Source of the DNA: Botryllus schlosseri
Taxonomy: Eukaryota
Direction: 5' to 3'
Length of the DNA stretch: 64,000 nt
Assembly: GCA_051294905.1 (NCBI GenBank)
Contig: CM119371.1
Location: forward strand, 25,794,001-25,858,000
How positions within the stretch are numbered: the first letter of the stretch is position 1; each line of letters opens with the position of its first letter. The position numbers and the translations under genes are program-made. A model generated the notes under the pieces. That model was not told the DNA's origin, made no database searches, and saw nothing but the letters and a program-made list of their open reading frames with translations. Positions 63,919 to 64,000 of this stretch are shown here, in pieces.

Positions 63919-64000
63919 TTCAAAAGGGTGGGTCTGAGCCCCTAAACTGAAGACGGCATTATCTTTGCCTCCCAAGGACGTGCATAATTGTTTATACGGC

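Overview
This is eukaryotic (metazoan) genomic DNA, AT-rich and dominated by nested transposon debris; it looks like a marine invertebrate, possibly an ascidian, but that is inference. Almost none of the supplied ORFs are genes. The main hidden feature is a multi-exon gene on the minus strand spanning ~50 kb (ATG at 55991, last certain exon ending at 6357, 3' end unresolved). It has a signal-peptide exon followed by strictly alternating 91/94-nt 'A' exons (first five Cys of an LDL-receptor class A module) and 131-140-nt 'B' exons (DGSDE plus an atypical basic 3-Cys segment, LC-x9-11-CILP-xxL-x6-LC). All 14 exons have GT-AG sites and matching phases and give an open frame of ~505 aa: six complete ~76-aa 8-Cys repeats plus a seventh A half. 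The array grew by intragenic duplication. A recent ~8 kb duplication (28751-36976 / 37353-44250) left a truncated pseudo-exon, and the duplicated B exons differ only in one 4-codon loop. The introns hold an L2/CR1-group LINE region, a decayed Ty3/Gypsy element with both LTRs, R4/Dong-like and I-group LINE fragments, tRNA-derived SINEs and many hAT-type non-autonomous elements with 8-bp TSDs, nested up to four deep. Coordinates were counted by hand, and no database search was possible.
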